The notes: generated from the sequence alone by a model not told the origin. 62,584 nucleotides of DNA, filler included, from Nemertoderma westbladi (GCA_032718475.1; 3 parts of 3 records of this genome joined end to end with filler, not necessarily neighbours in it), one strand, 5' to 3'; counted from the first letter of the whole stretch, positions 25,001 through 36,698 are shown. Program-made: numbers and translations.

Positions 25001-26311
25001 CACTATATCAGCACTACATACTCTACAGGCTGGCTGTGCACCAAAGTCACTATGTCAGCACTACATACTCTACAGGCTGGCTGTGCACCAAAGTCACTAT
25101 GTCAGCACTACATACTCTACAGGCTGGCTGTGCACCAAAGTCACTATATCAGCACTACATACTCTACAGGCTGGCTGTGCACCAAAGTCACTATGTCAGC
25201 ACTACATACTCTACAGGCTGGCTGTGCACCAAAGTCACTATGTCAGCACTACATACTCTACAGGCTGGCTGTGCACCAAAGTCACTATGTCAGCACTACA
25301 TACTCTACAGGCTGGCTGTGCACCAAAGTCACTATATCAGCACTACATACTCTACAGGCTGGCTGAGCACCAAAGTCACTATGTCAACACTACATACTCT
25401 ACAGGCTGGCTGTGCACCAAAGTCACTATGTCAGCACTACATACTCTACAGGCTGGCTGTGCACCAAAGTCACTATATCAGCACTACATACTCTACAGGC
25501 TGGCTGTGCACCAAAGTCACTATGTCAGCACTACATACTCTACAGGCTGGCTGTGCACCAAAGTCACTATGTCAGCACTACATACTCTACAGGCTGGCTG
25601 AGCACCAAAGTCACTATGTCAGCACTACATACTCTACAGGCTGGCTGTGCACCAAAGTCACTATGTCAGCACTACATACTCTACAGGCTGGCTGTGCACC
25701 AAAGTCACTATGTCAGCACTACATACTCTACAGGCTGGCTGAGCACCGAAGTCACTATGTCAGCACTACAATACTCTACAGGCTGTCTGTGCACCAAAGT
25801 CACTATGTCAGCACTACATACTCTACAGGCTGGCTGTGCACCAAAGTCACTATGTCAGCACTACATACTCTACAGGCTGGCTGTGCACCAAAGTCACTAT
25901 ATCAGCACTACATACTCTACAGGCTGGCTGTGCACCAAAGTCACTATGTCAGCACTACATACTCTACAGGCTGGCTGTGCACCAAAGTCACTATGTCAGC
26001 ACTACATACTCTACAGGCTGGCTGTGCACCAAAGTCACTATGTCAGCACTACATACTCTACAGGCTGGCTGTGCACCAAAGTCACTATGTCAGCACTACA
26101 TACTCTACAGGCTGGCTGTGCACCAAAGTCACTATGTCAGCACTACATACTCTACAGGATGGCTGTGCACCAAAGTCACTATGTCAGCACTACATACTCT
26201 ACAGGCTGGCTGTGCACCAAAGTCACTATGTCAGCACTACATACTCTACAGGCTGGCTGTGCACCAAAGTCACCATGTCAGCGCTACATACTCTACAGGC
26301 TGGCTGTGCAC
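22088..26311. repeat. 47-bp satellite TGCACCAAAGTCACTATGTCAGCACTACATACTCTACAGGCTGGCTG (~90 visible copies)
   Basis: Highly homogeneous 47-bp periodicity; left edge cut by the gap. Confidence 0.97.
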
Positions 26312-26790
26312 TTCAGCAATCAACTACCTCGCGTCCCATGCCTTCCATTCCGCTGCTGCTTGGACTTAAACACGGCGATTTTCCTAAGTAAACTCAATCG
26401 CTGCTTCTCTAATTAAAGATTTGCTAACCGATATTTACTAAATTTTTATTAGATTAATAATTTTATAAACTTTAGATACGGTAGCCTACAATAAATTTAA
26501 TTATTTGGTATGTTAGTTTAATTAGTATGAATGTTTGAAAAATAATGCCTCATACATTATTCACAACAAAATACTGGTATAGGATTCGATATAACTTTAC
26601 GCTATTACAATTTATTTATAACTCAACAAATCTAATTACAATTCAACGATAGCAGTTTATTAAAGGTTTCGCGAATTTATCAGTACTTGAGTTGTATAAC
26701 TATAATTATACTTGATTTCATTTGTTCTTAATATTTCTTTGGACATGATATTTGGTGCTGTCTGTATAATAGTTGTGCCGTGAGAACATT

Positions 26791-26878
26791 TACTATTTCG
26801 CGGAATTTCTGACATTATTGCCATAAGGCCCGAAGGGCCGTTAATGGCAATAATATCAGAAATTCCGCGAAATTAGTA
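26791..26878. repeat. 88-bp near-perfect palindrome/hairpin
   Basis: ATTTCGCGGAATTTCTGACATTATTGCCAT-AA-GGCCC-GAA-GGGCC-GTTA-ATGGCAATAATATCAGAAATTCCGCGAAAT. Confidence 0.9.
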
Positions 26879-27580
26879 TGTCAATAAATATACTACAGTG
26901 TTACTAGATTCAACACTAATCGGAATTTAATAAGGGCCTTAAATAAGGAATTTAATATTTTTGCCGCAATAAACTAACAATAATTGTTGTATCAAATTGA
27001 AATAGAATTATTATTTATAATATATCATAATTATCGAAATAGAAATAAGTGTATACGATACTGATACAGCACATAACATACCCACAACACCGAATATATA
27101 ATATTAAAAAATATTTACAATTCCGAATATATAATATTATTAAAAAATATAAATATTTTGATCAATAATAAATACCACTACTTCATTAGGAGTACGTGAA
27201 GGACAAAATTGCGATATGGTAATGATAAGTGTCCCAATTTCATTATGCAAAAAAAATCAACAGAGTGCGTCATACACACTCTTACAGTAGGCCTACCAGA
27301 GCTAGTGCTTTAAACTTTTACCTCCCGCATTGTAAATCTTTCGAAACTGATACTTTATTTATTATGATAATTTACTTAATAAAAAATTGGAATGCTCTAT
27401 TACAGGCTCTAGTACAGCCTTGCTATGTTTAAGAACCTCTTAAATACCAGTGCAATTGATTAGTGAAGTCTACCCAAATATTCAGTAATGTACAATATCA
27501 GTACTAAACATCTATATGGGGTTGCTCCGTCAAGTAAACAATTCCTATGGGGTCATATGCTAGAGCCTGTCTCTGCCTAA

Positions 27581-27746
27581 GGGGCCGTGCACAAATGATG
27601 TCACGCATTTTTGACGATTTTCGACCCCCCTACACCCTCTGTCACCCTCTGTCACGAATTTTGTAACCATAATTTTGTAAACGTATTGTTAAAATAAAAA
27701 AATGTTAAATTTGAAATCGACCGTGACATCATTTATGCGCGGCCCC
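27581..27746. mobile_element. PIF/Harbinger-type MITE
   Basis: 25-bp TIRs GGGGCCGTGCACAAATGATGTCACG (23/25 match) and TAA target duplication on both sides. Confidence 0.85.
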
Positions 27747-28029
27747 TAATGAAATAAGTTAAATCTACAGTTAAATCTCACCACTACTGTCTACAGTACA
27801 AAAATAAAATACTATAGTACTGCAATAAAATTACGTTATAATAATTTATTGTTCCCTTATCATTACTGTAATTATGTATGTAGCCTAATGTACGTGTATA
27901 TAATATTAATATGTATATATTTATTGTCAAGTAGGGCATTGTTAGGAACTTGGTAAGTATTTGTGACCAACTAACATAAAGGACCCCCTTGAAAATAAGC
28001 TACATTGCTTTAGGGATAATCCTATGTTA

Positions 28030-28285
28030 ATAATAATAATAATATTGGTTATTTATATAGCGCTTTTCTACGCTCAGCATACACAAAGCGCTTTTATTAT
28101 CATTACCCCAGCAAAGCCAGGTTCCCATTATACCGCTGGGTTGGCGTAGGCACTAATGTCTAAAGTGTCTTGCCTAGGGACACAACAGTGCGAAATTTCT
28201 ACAGCCTTTAGTCGGATTCGAACCTGCACCACCAAACACTATTGTGTAAGCAGTTCAGGCGCCGTATCCACTCGGACACTGCGAC
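28030..28285 (-). mobile_element. tRNA-derived SINE, family 1 (CORE/V-like body, L2-like tail)
   Basis: Minus strand: A box GTGTCCGAGTGG, B box GGTTCGAATCC, body TTGTGTCCCTAGGCAAGACACTT, tail AAAGCGCTATATAAAT plus (ATT)n. Confidence 0.85.
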
Positions 28286-28431
28286 AATGTTATGTGGAAA
28301 CAATATACATACATACATACATATACATACAATATACATATATAGCGGGTGTTCCATAATGATTGCCCCCCCCCCCCCCCTGGCCAGTCAAAACTGCCAG
28401 ACATGCACCTTAGTGACAATATACATATATA

Positions 28432-29102
28432 GCGGGTGTTCCATAATGATTGCCCCCCCCCCCCCCCCCCCCTGGCCAGTCAAAACTGCCAGACATGCAC
28501 CTTAGTGTAATATATCATTCGAAAGAGAATTTAATTCTGAGCTTGCATCCGAAAATTTAGGATCCAATACAAAAGTATCAAATTTTTATAGGCTATTCCT
28601 TAAACCTATCTTATTTTTCAATATTTTTGATTTAATCACAATTAAAAAAATATAATTTATCCAGCGTTAGTCATCAGCTTTGCAGCTTCGATGACGCTGA
28701 AGAAAAGCGTATGGTTGACAGGATCAGAGATGTTACTTTTAGAGAGGGACGTGATTCTGTGGCATAATCAAACTGAACTCAAACCAAAACGGCCCTTTTA
28801 AGGGCCAACATCCTTTGCCACTATCGAGGAGCTCCCCGTGCTGCAAAGGGGAAACATGGATGCAAAGCTGATGACTAACGCTGGATAAATTATATTTTTT
28901 AATTGTAATTAAATCAAAACATTGAAAAGTAGGATAGGTTTAAAGAATTGCCTATAAAATTTTTATACTTTTGTATTGGACCCTAAATTTTCGCATGCAA
29001 GCTCAGAATTAAATTCTCTTTCGAATGATATATTACACTAAGGTACATGTCTTGTCAGTTTTGGCTGGCCAGGGGGAGGGGCAATCATTATGGAACACCC
29101 AG
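28432..29102. mobile_element. Tc1/mariner-like MITE with ~250-bp TIRs; left end tandemly duplicated at 28329-28415
   Basis: GGGTGTTCCATAATGATTGCCC ... GGGCAATCATTATGGAACACCC, flanked by TA; arms about 28432-28685 and 28860-29102. Confidence 0.85.
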
Positions 29103-29828
29103 TACAATGTTTGGTGTATCTGTTATCGTTGTTGCATAATGTATAAATAAATCCACCTATGTATCTAAGGTAAATTCCATTTTGTACTTTTTTGTATTTG
29201 TAATTTTCAATTATGTATTCTGTCCATTTTTAATTCCATTCTCTATATAGTAACATAGGCATTCCCTATGTCACTCCATGTATATATAATATAATATAAT
29301 TATTTCATGTTCATAACTACTCTTCCATTCCATTTAATATATGTTAAGAACAACAAATTTGAGAGAATAAATCAGAAATCAATAATTGGTAAAGACAAAA
29401 ACCCTTATCAATAACAATTACGAATGCTACTAAATAATGACGATTCATATCAGTTTTAGAACAGTTGTCCAATTAGAAACGAAACACTCATTTTATTTGG
29501 TATAAGATATAGTAACATAGACATTCCCTATGTTACTCCATGTATATATAATATAGTTTATATCATATTCATAACTACATTTGGTATAAATTACAATGCG
29601 TTTCGGGATCAATTCCATTTAATATGTTGAGATCAATTACAGATAATTAATCATTAATCAATAATAATTATAATAAATAAGTAATGATGTTTCAACCCTT
29701 AATTTTAAACAATCCCAAGATATAATCCTTCCTAATATTCTCGAAATTGTACGGCCTTATTCCTGGAATCCCCTCCATCCGTAGATGATCTGTAAATCAG
29801 TAACAATATATAAAACACTTTCAACACT

Positions 29829-32459
29829 CTAAAACTGATGATCGTAAGTTTCTCCATCAATATTTGTATCGCAATCCTCAACAAGTTCTTGGGAACATTG
29901 TTTAGCTGAATCTGAGGTCGAGGTCTTTTGACTAGATGGATCTTTGCGACCAGAACATTTTCGTCTGTTAATTAAGTTCATACGACCTTTTGTGGTTGAC
30001 AGTCTACGAGATATTGATGTTGAGAAAGTTCCACTTTTCATATTCAAAGAAGACATCCTCCATGCTTTCTGAATTTCTTTGTTTAGAAGACAGTGAAATA
30101 TAAATAAAAAGAAACCTTGCGTGCTATTTAAAATTATAAATAGATAAGAAGCCACAATACGATCTTGACCAAATTGAAAAAAACACAAAATCCAGGTGAC
30201 ACCTAATAAAGTCATCAAAGATGCGGTTCTTTTGAATTTTTCGAATGAATCTATCTTCTGACTATTTGTGGCTAATTTGTGTCTGTCATTACAAAAAAGA
30301 ACTCTCAAAACCAAAGCGAAAACAACAATATTGGAAACAATCGCCAAGCCAATAGGAACTACCAATGACCAATAAAAATATGATGTCCTATATTTCAACC
30401 AACATAGCGAATCACCAACAAGCTCATAGTTGCTATCAACAGATACTGTAATTATACAAATAACTGCAGGTATGCCCCAAGCTGCAATACTTGACTTCCA
30501 AACAAACTTTGTAGGGTCCCAGAGTACATCTACAACAGTTTTCATGAGCATGTTAATCGCATCGACACAGATCCAACCCCAAACTGCTAGTAGAAAGTAA
30601 TGATTTAGAGATCCCAGAACTCTGCATGAATATAGCTTCAATGAAACCATGCTCCCATTTATAAGAAACATAACCATAAGCAACAACAAAGAAATACACA
30701 AATTCAAATAAATTTTGTAAATCCTTTTCTGTCGCAGTTTCTTTTGAAATCCTACTAATATAATAAATATGGTCAATCCGATGATAGATAATGTAGATCC
30801 AATAATAGATAATATTGCTTGAGCTTTGACATGTTCTGGGGCTATATATTGGGAAACATAATTGTGCACATCCAAAAGAAGAGCAAAATTTGTAAGATGG
30901 GTGCATTCACACTCGGTGTAATTATAATGGGTTTCTTTCACCAAACAACCCTCTGTTGACCACATATCTATTGATGAATTCCAAAAGGCGCATTTCATCA
31001 GAAGTTCGGATTTATTGTAGTCCTGTTGATGCTGCAATCTGAAAGTTACCGGATTGGAAAGGTTAATTGAAAGTTCAACCGAACGATTTACTTTGATTGA
31101 CAATATTGGAGAAGTTACATTATCAGAATTATTATTGTTAGTGCCAAAGAAGGCAGCTGAATCATACATAATGAAGCCGATTACCGCACCAGTTGTCATG
31201 GTTTCAGGAAAGGCCCCACGTGGAATACTTACTTGAACTGTCTTGGTCTTATTTGTGTCGTTGTTATTCTCAATTTCATCTAAAACAAATCCATTTTGCT
31301 TCAATTCATGGAATGTTATTAATTCATATCTTGCTAATATTATATTATCTGTAAACACTGTTTGATTTGTACCATTTGGTATATCTAGAACAGATAAAAT
31401 TTCTAAAGATTCCACCACTTCTTGAATTAGGCTTCTGTTTATGAACTGAACTTTATTAACGAGAATACTAGAGATATTAATAATATCTCGAACAACCTGA
31501 GGGTCTAATGATGCTTGTCTTATTAATTTATTTACCATTTTGGCTGCATCTTCTAATACTTCTTTATTGTTAGAACCACTAAATGTTAGAATCTTTATTA
31601 GAATACGTTTGGATATTTTACCTGCATTGTCATGAGTGATACAAATATCCGTTACATCTACAAAATTGAAAAACATTTCAGAACATATATTTTCGATATG
31701 TAGATTTGGCTCAGTGTTAATCCCGAGTTCTTTCTTTAATTCCCATTTGCAATCAGGACGACGACTGTTTTGATCATAGCGAGATGTGAAATTGAACTCA
31801 CAATCTATATTATTTTCGTTATTATTTATTGCAATAAATATCACCTGTAGTTTAGGTAATTTACTAGAAGGGATGAATGTGTTTATATCAGTCCCATTCA
31901 GTTGAACACCTTGTAGTTTTAGTGTCTTTAATTTGCTCAGTATTACTGGAATATCGATATTTTTCAAACTATTGTAACTGAGGTCCAATGTCTCTATATT
32001 TGGGAATTGTTGAAAGTTAACGGCTTTTAAGGATGTAAAGTTGTTATGTCTAAGCTGAAGGTGTTTTAATGAATTTAGTTGGTAGGTGAAATTTTTCATC
32101 ATAATAGTAATATTATTGTTATTGAGATTTAAGTCAACCAGTTTAGTAAGTCCATCAAAGGCATTTGGATGAACCTCTGTCAAATAACAATGGCTTAGGT
32201 TTAATTCCAGGAGCTCTGAAAAGTTTTCAAAATAATTACTGGGTAAATTTATTTTTGTATCTTTATTTCTGTATGAATCGCCAAGTGAAAATGTGAGATT
32301 GGTAACAAGGTCAGAGCGTGATATACCTATAGTGGATCCTGGATCCAACGGTGGAAATTCGCAAACATTATATGTGCCATTATTGGTACAATGATACTTT
32401 GATATCATAGATCGCGCTGAATATAAACAAATACAAATAAACCAAATAGTAACAATCAT
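29829..32459 (-). CDS. Adhesion GPCR (signal peptide, leucine-rich repeats, GAIN/GPS, secretin-like 7TM), 876 aa, single coding exon
   Basis: ATG at 32459 (MIVTIWFICICLYSARS signal-like); LRRs LLELNLSHCYL, LVDLNLNNNNI, LKHLQLRHNNF, IETLDLSYNSL; GPS CAFWN...WSTEGC...CECTHL/TNFALLL; seven hydrophobic helices with LLGVTW and LNSTQGFFLFIFHC. Confidence 0.95.
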   Translation of the reverse strand: MIVTIWFICICLYSARSMISKYHCTNNGTYNVCEFPPLDPGSTIGISRSDLVTNLTFSLGDSYRNKDTKINLPSNYFENFSELLELNLSHCYLTEVHPNAFDGLTKLVDLNLNNNNITIMMKNFTYQLNSLKHLQLRHNNFTSLKAVNFQQFPNIETLDLSYNSLKNIDIPVILSKLKTLKLQGVQLNGTDINTFIPSSKLPKLQVIFIAINNNENNIDCEFNFTSRYDQNSRRPDCKWELKKELGINTEPNLHIENICSEMFFNFVDVTDICITHDNAGKISKRILIKILTFSGSNNKEVLEDAAKMVNKLIRQASLDPQVVRDIINISSILVNKVQFINRSLIQEVVESLEILSVLDIPNGTNQTVFTDNIILARYELITFHELKQNGFVLDEIENNNDTNKTKTVQVSIPRGAFPETMTTGAVIGFIMYDSAAFFGTNNNNSDNVTSPILSIKVNRSVELSINLSNPVTFRLQHQQDYNKSELLMKCAFWNSSIDMWSTEGCLVKETHYNYTECECTHLTNFALLLDVHNYVSQYIAPEHVKAQAILSIIGSTLSIIGLTIFIILVGFQKKLRQKRIYKIYLNLCISLLLLMVMFLINGSMVSLKLYSCRVLGSLNHYFLLAVWGWICVDAINMLMKTVVDVLWDPTKFVWKSSIAAWGIPAVICIITVSVDSNYELVGDSLCWLKYRTSYFYWSLVVPIGLAIVSNIVVFALVLRVLFCNDRHKLATNSQKIDSFEKFKRTASLMTLLGVTWILCFFQFGQDRIVASYLFIILNSTQGFFLFIFHCLLNKEIQKAWRMSSLNMKSGTFSTSISRRLSTTKGRMNLINRRKCSGRKDPSSQKTSTSDSAKQCSQELVEDCDTNIDGETYDHQF

Positions 32460-32941
32460 ATTGATTTTCAAATGTTTAATTGAATTACGCCATGATATTG
32501 GCAAAGCCAGCACAATAAAAATCACGAAATTATATATAAATAATAAGCTAAATTTTAAAATATATACCGGAATGAAAAATAATTCAATTTAATTCGATTG
32601 GAACAACTGTAGTCCCGTTGGATTTAATTCATAGGCCCAAGTGGATAGCGGTGTACCGTTGAAGTTACATGAATTGATGTGGTACAGCAGCACTTTCCCC
32701 ATACAAGTTACAGCTGCATGATTCATTTGGCTCATGGAACCCCTTTGTGTTACCAATCTATACAGACACCAACACATCGTAGCACAAAGACCGCACCTAG
32801 TGGCTTTTTTACCGTTTTTTCCGTTTGCCACTCCGTGACAAAACTCCGAAATTTAACTTTTCCAACTTTTCATAAAATAATACGTGGCCTTAGTAATAGT
32901 AAAACGCGGGTTTGTAAAAATATCAGGTATGTAGGTTGAGC

Positions 32942-32996
32942 CATGGAATACTAAATATAGAATACTATATAAATACTATATATTTAGTGTTCCATG
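32942..32996. mobile_element. 55-bp non-autonomous derivative of the P-type transposon
   Basis: TIRs CATGGAATACTAAATATA / TATATTTAGTGTTCCATG (17/18); the left one is identical to the terminus at 17861; 7-bp TSD GTTGAGC at 32935-32941 and 32997-33003. Confidence 0.88.
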
Positions 32997-33928
32997 GTTG
33001 AGCCTACTTTTCGTGAGGTAATAAAATAATAATTATATATTATTATTATTATTATATTATTTATTATATTATTATAAAAAAATAATAATTATATTATATT
33101 ATATATTATATAATATAATATATATAATAATAACATTATAATATAATTATAATAATTATAATATATTAATTATAATATTAATTATAATATAATATTAATA
33201 ACCAATATTCAATTATTTTAAGATGTTTTTTTATTCCACTGCATGAAATATGAATTCTACCATTTCTATTTTCGAATTATAACAGTTTTTTAAGGTAAGT
33301 AAAATTTTTGGATAAATTTTGTAAATTCAAATCATAGAAACTACAGTACTACACCATGACCCGTAATATAGTGTCATTTTCTGATGACACAGACCCCAAC
33401 CCCCCCCCCCCCCCCCCAGATTTGTCTACAAATCTTTATCATATTGCTTGAAATTTGAAACACAATTAGTTCAACTCACCGTGGTTGACCCCATGAAGCC
33501 GGAAATTTCGATTTTGCCTTTAAATTTTTTTATAGGCGTTTTAAAAAAGTGTCTTTTGCGAAATTGCACCCTCCGTATCATGGCCATTCTTCACATTAGT
33601 CGTAATTTGTCATATCATTAGAAAGCTTACGTTGCAAGGATTCGAAATATGTACCAATTTATGAATTTCATTATGAAACAGCTGAGATATGGGCGTTCAA
33701 AGATAGGAAGAAGTTCGCCACAGGCCATTTAATCTATTTAATAAATACACATAATTCTAGAACGTGTTATTTATTTTAAGAGTTGGTTGGCAACAGTGGT
33801 ATTCCTATCCAATATATCTATTGCGTAGCTATTTATACTGAAACAAAATGTTCCAGAACATCGTGTATTTATTAAATAGAATAAATGGCCTTCAGCGAAC
33901 AATACTTCTTCCAATCTTTGAACGCATA

Positions 33929-35396
33929 TGTGGATAGAAACTCATAGACTCGGGCATTGCCCTTAAACTGTATGGCTCGCCCCACAAAAACTGCGGGACT
34001 AGGAAGCCGTCAGGTGGCTTCACTGCTTTATGTAGGGAATATTTAGTTACTGCATGTCCAGTGTACTACGGCTGCACTGTTCTGCTATGCACGGTATACC
34101 AGTATACAGCTCTGCATTATCGCATTATATGTACCGGTCTGTTATTATATATTAAGATATATTATGCATATGGTGAGATCATCTTCTGCTCTCCCAATCC
34201 ACATGGCCCAGTGGTAGTTTTCGAACTCTACAGAGCCTTCCGTTGTCCTCGGACCGGACACGGTAAAAGTTTAGGATTTGGCACCTGTGCCCTGAGAGTT
34301 CTGTGCCCTGAGAGTTCCATGCCGTTCCGTAGGGGGCAAGTCCAAACCCCCAAATTCCCGGTAGGTCTCTCAGATCCTGAACTCGCCCTACCCCCGAGAA
34401 TATCCCCTCGGGTTCCCCTTTACTGACAGTCAGGTCCCCCCTCACCCTCGGGGGGACGTTCCCACTGACCGCCAGGGTCCCTGGGCATGCGACATTTCAG
34501 CCCCCAACTCGACTTCTCGACTTCCTCCTGAAGAAAGAAGACGACGGACCAAAAACACGGCGCAACACTGCACAAACTATCAGACTGTTGGGGTGTCAGG
34601 GTTTCAGAATACTGAATTGCTGAATTACAAACTCAACAATGCCACCTAAACGTCAACCTCCCCCAACAACTTCACCAAACCTAAGTGAGTCAGAATCGGA
34701 CACGACTCGGGAAGCGCGTTCCCCAAACCCAGTCCCGACATTTGATATGGGTGCTCTGACCCAATTCCTCGCAGCTCAAAACGAGGCCGCAGAGCAGCGC
34801 GCACGCCAGGCTGCTATGGAGGCAGAAGAACGGATGCTCCGCTTTATGTCGCATATACGGGGCGACCCCAGCGAAACCCATGGTACCAGCGACCCGCTCC
34901 CTGACCATGGCCGGCGACCCGCCAATGAGGCAGCTGGGCCTGCCATCACCCAAACAACCAGGAGGATAATCGATACTTCCACAATGGCGAAAATCGATTG
35001 TGAAACATCCTTTGCAACCTTCCGGAGGTGGCGACTGGCCTGGGAGGTAAACTGCCACCGACAGCAGGTGGCATCGTACCCGCAGGCCACACAGGTATTC
35101 TCCCTCCTTGCAGCACTCGGTTGTGGATAGAAACTCATAGACTCGGGCATTGCCCTTAAACTGTATGGCTCGCCCCACAAAAACTGCGGGACTAGGAAGC
35201 CGTCAGGTGGCTTCACTGCTTTATGTAGGGAATATTTAGTTACTGCATGTCCAGTGTACTACGGCTGCACTGTTCTGCTATGCACGGTATACCAGTATAC
35301 AGCTCTGCATTATCGCATTATATGTACCGGTCTGTTATTATATATTAAGATATATTATGCATATGGTGAGATCATCTTCTGCTCTCCCAATCCACA
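33929..35396 (+). mobile_element. Internally deleted LTR retrotransposon (Gypsy/Mag-like), 1468 bp
   Basis: 275-bp LTRs TG...CA at 33929-34203 and 35122-35396, identical by eye; 5-bp TSD GCATA; PBS-like TGGCCCAGTGGTAG immediately after the 5' LTR. Confidence 0.95.
34639..35130 (+). pseudogene. Truncated gag N-terminus running into the 3' LTR
   Basis: MPPKR... ORF downstream of the PBS; F..WR..W...Q...LL.ALG pattern resembles Mag-clade gag; the stop codon lies inside the LTR. Confidence 0.7.
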
Positions 35397-35799
35397 GCAT
35401 ATATCTCAGCTGTTTATCATCGAAATTCAGAAATTGCTACATATTTCGAATCCGAAATTTCTTACGACTAATGTGAAGAAAGGCCACTATACGGAGGGTG
35501 CAATTTCGCAAAAGATACTTTTTTAAAACGCCTATAAAAAAAATTAAAAGGAAAAATTTAAAATTCCGGCTTAATGGGGTCAACGACGGTGAGTGGAACT
35601 ACTGTAGTTGTGTTTCAAATTTCAAGCAATATGATAACGATCTGTAGAAAAATCTAGGGGGGGGGGGGGGGGGGGTCCGTGTCATCAGAAAATGACACTA
35701 TATTTCGGTCCATCGTGTATATAAGAACCAAAATAGATTTCGCCTAAATATTTACTCGAATAAAAAAATTAAAAAAAATAATTCTAGCGCAACGGAGGC

Positions 35800-36500
35800 T
35801 AGCTGAAGGAATTGAGTCAAAGTACTTTCAAGCAGTTCTGCTTGTTCTGCTTGCTTTGTGCTGTTCATTAGTTCATTTATGGACTTCGAGGAAGCTTTCA
35901 ACTCCATTCACGGAGAAATTGCTGATGTACCGCAAGACGACACATTGGCTCCAATACTCTTCATAAGTGTATTGGATTAAACAATGAGGACCATCACATA
36001 AGGAGAAGTTGATTCTTGTAAAAAACTTGTATTCTTGTACTAAAAGAACGTAGAAGCAGCAGATATCCGATAACTACAGTCCCAGATAACATCGCACAAT
36101 GTAATGATTTCTAATATGCTAGCTGATGCAAGACTGCTACTGAACAAAGTGAAAAGGGCTGCTAAGGAGGTTGGATTCCTTATAAATGCTACCAAAACCT
36201 GAAGAGCAAGTTATTTCCCACAACAGTAGAAATTGTACTTTAATAAACGTTGAGACCTGGACACTGACAAAATCACATGATCACCGTATTGATGGTTGCT
36301 ACACAAGACAACTAAGGGCAGCCCTAAACATCAGCTGGAGACAACACATGACAAACGCCGAGCTTTATGGTACAATACCACCTGTATCAACCACCCTCCG
36401 TGAACGCAGATTAAGATTCAGCGGGAACTGCTGGCGAAGTAAAGACGAGGTCATACCAGATCTCAGTTCTGGCAACCAACACAAGGTAGGCTCAACCAAT
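35800..36500 (+). pseudogene. Degraded RTE-clade LINE RT fragment
   Basis: FMDFEEAFNSIH, QDDTLAPILFISVLD, ETWTLTK..RIDGCYTRQLRAALNISW, RERRLRFSG; many deletions. Confidence 0.8.
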
Positions 36501-36698
36501 ACACTTGTTTTTTAAGTACTAAAAGGCAGTTGTGCTGCTAAACTGTAGGACATGCGCACACAGTTGTGTATGACTGGTGGTGGTTGATACGTTATAGATG
36601 GTGTTGCATAATCATAACAGGACCGATCATTCCGATATGTATGTTCAGTTTGCCTATGATAGTATCAACATGTTCAGGGTAACTGTAACGGTCCTCAA

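Larger units (their letters stand above)
33352..35717. mobile_element. ~0.9-kb foldback MITE (CAC...GTG termini, TA flanks; CMC/EnSpm-like) interrupted by an LTR element
   Basis: CACCATGACCCGTAATATAGTGTCATTTTCTGATGACAC at the left is mirrored at 35680-35717; nearly the whole element is palindromic; same family at 40615-41861. Confidence 0.8.

Noticed and set aside
22103-26416. ORFs of 177-1124 aa
   Set aside because: Artefact of a stop-free 47-bp monomer; the same peptide appears in all three frames.
28200-28285. tRNA genes (also near 37270, 40711, 44410, 58600)
   Set aside because: A/B boxes without a complete cloverleaf, mostly followed by SINE bodies or tails; treated as SINE heads. The 44410-44480 case is too degenerate to call.
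32460-32525. ORF-track N-terminal extension of the GPCR
   Set aside because: Starts at GTG; the first ATG (32459) gives a plausible signal peptide.
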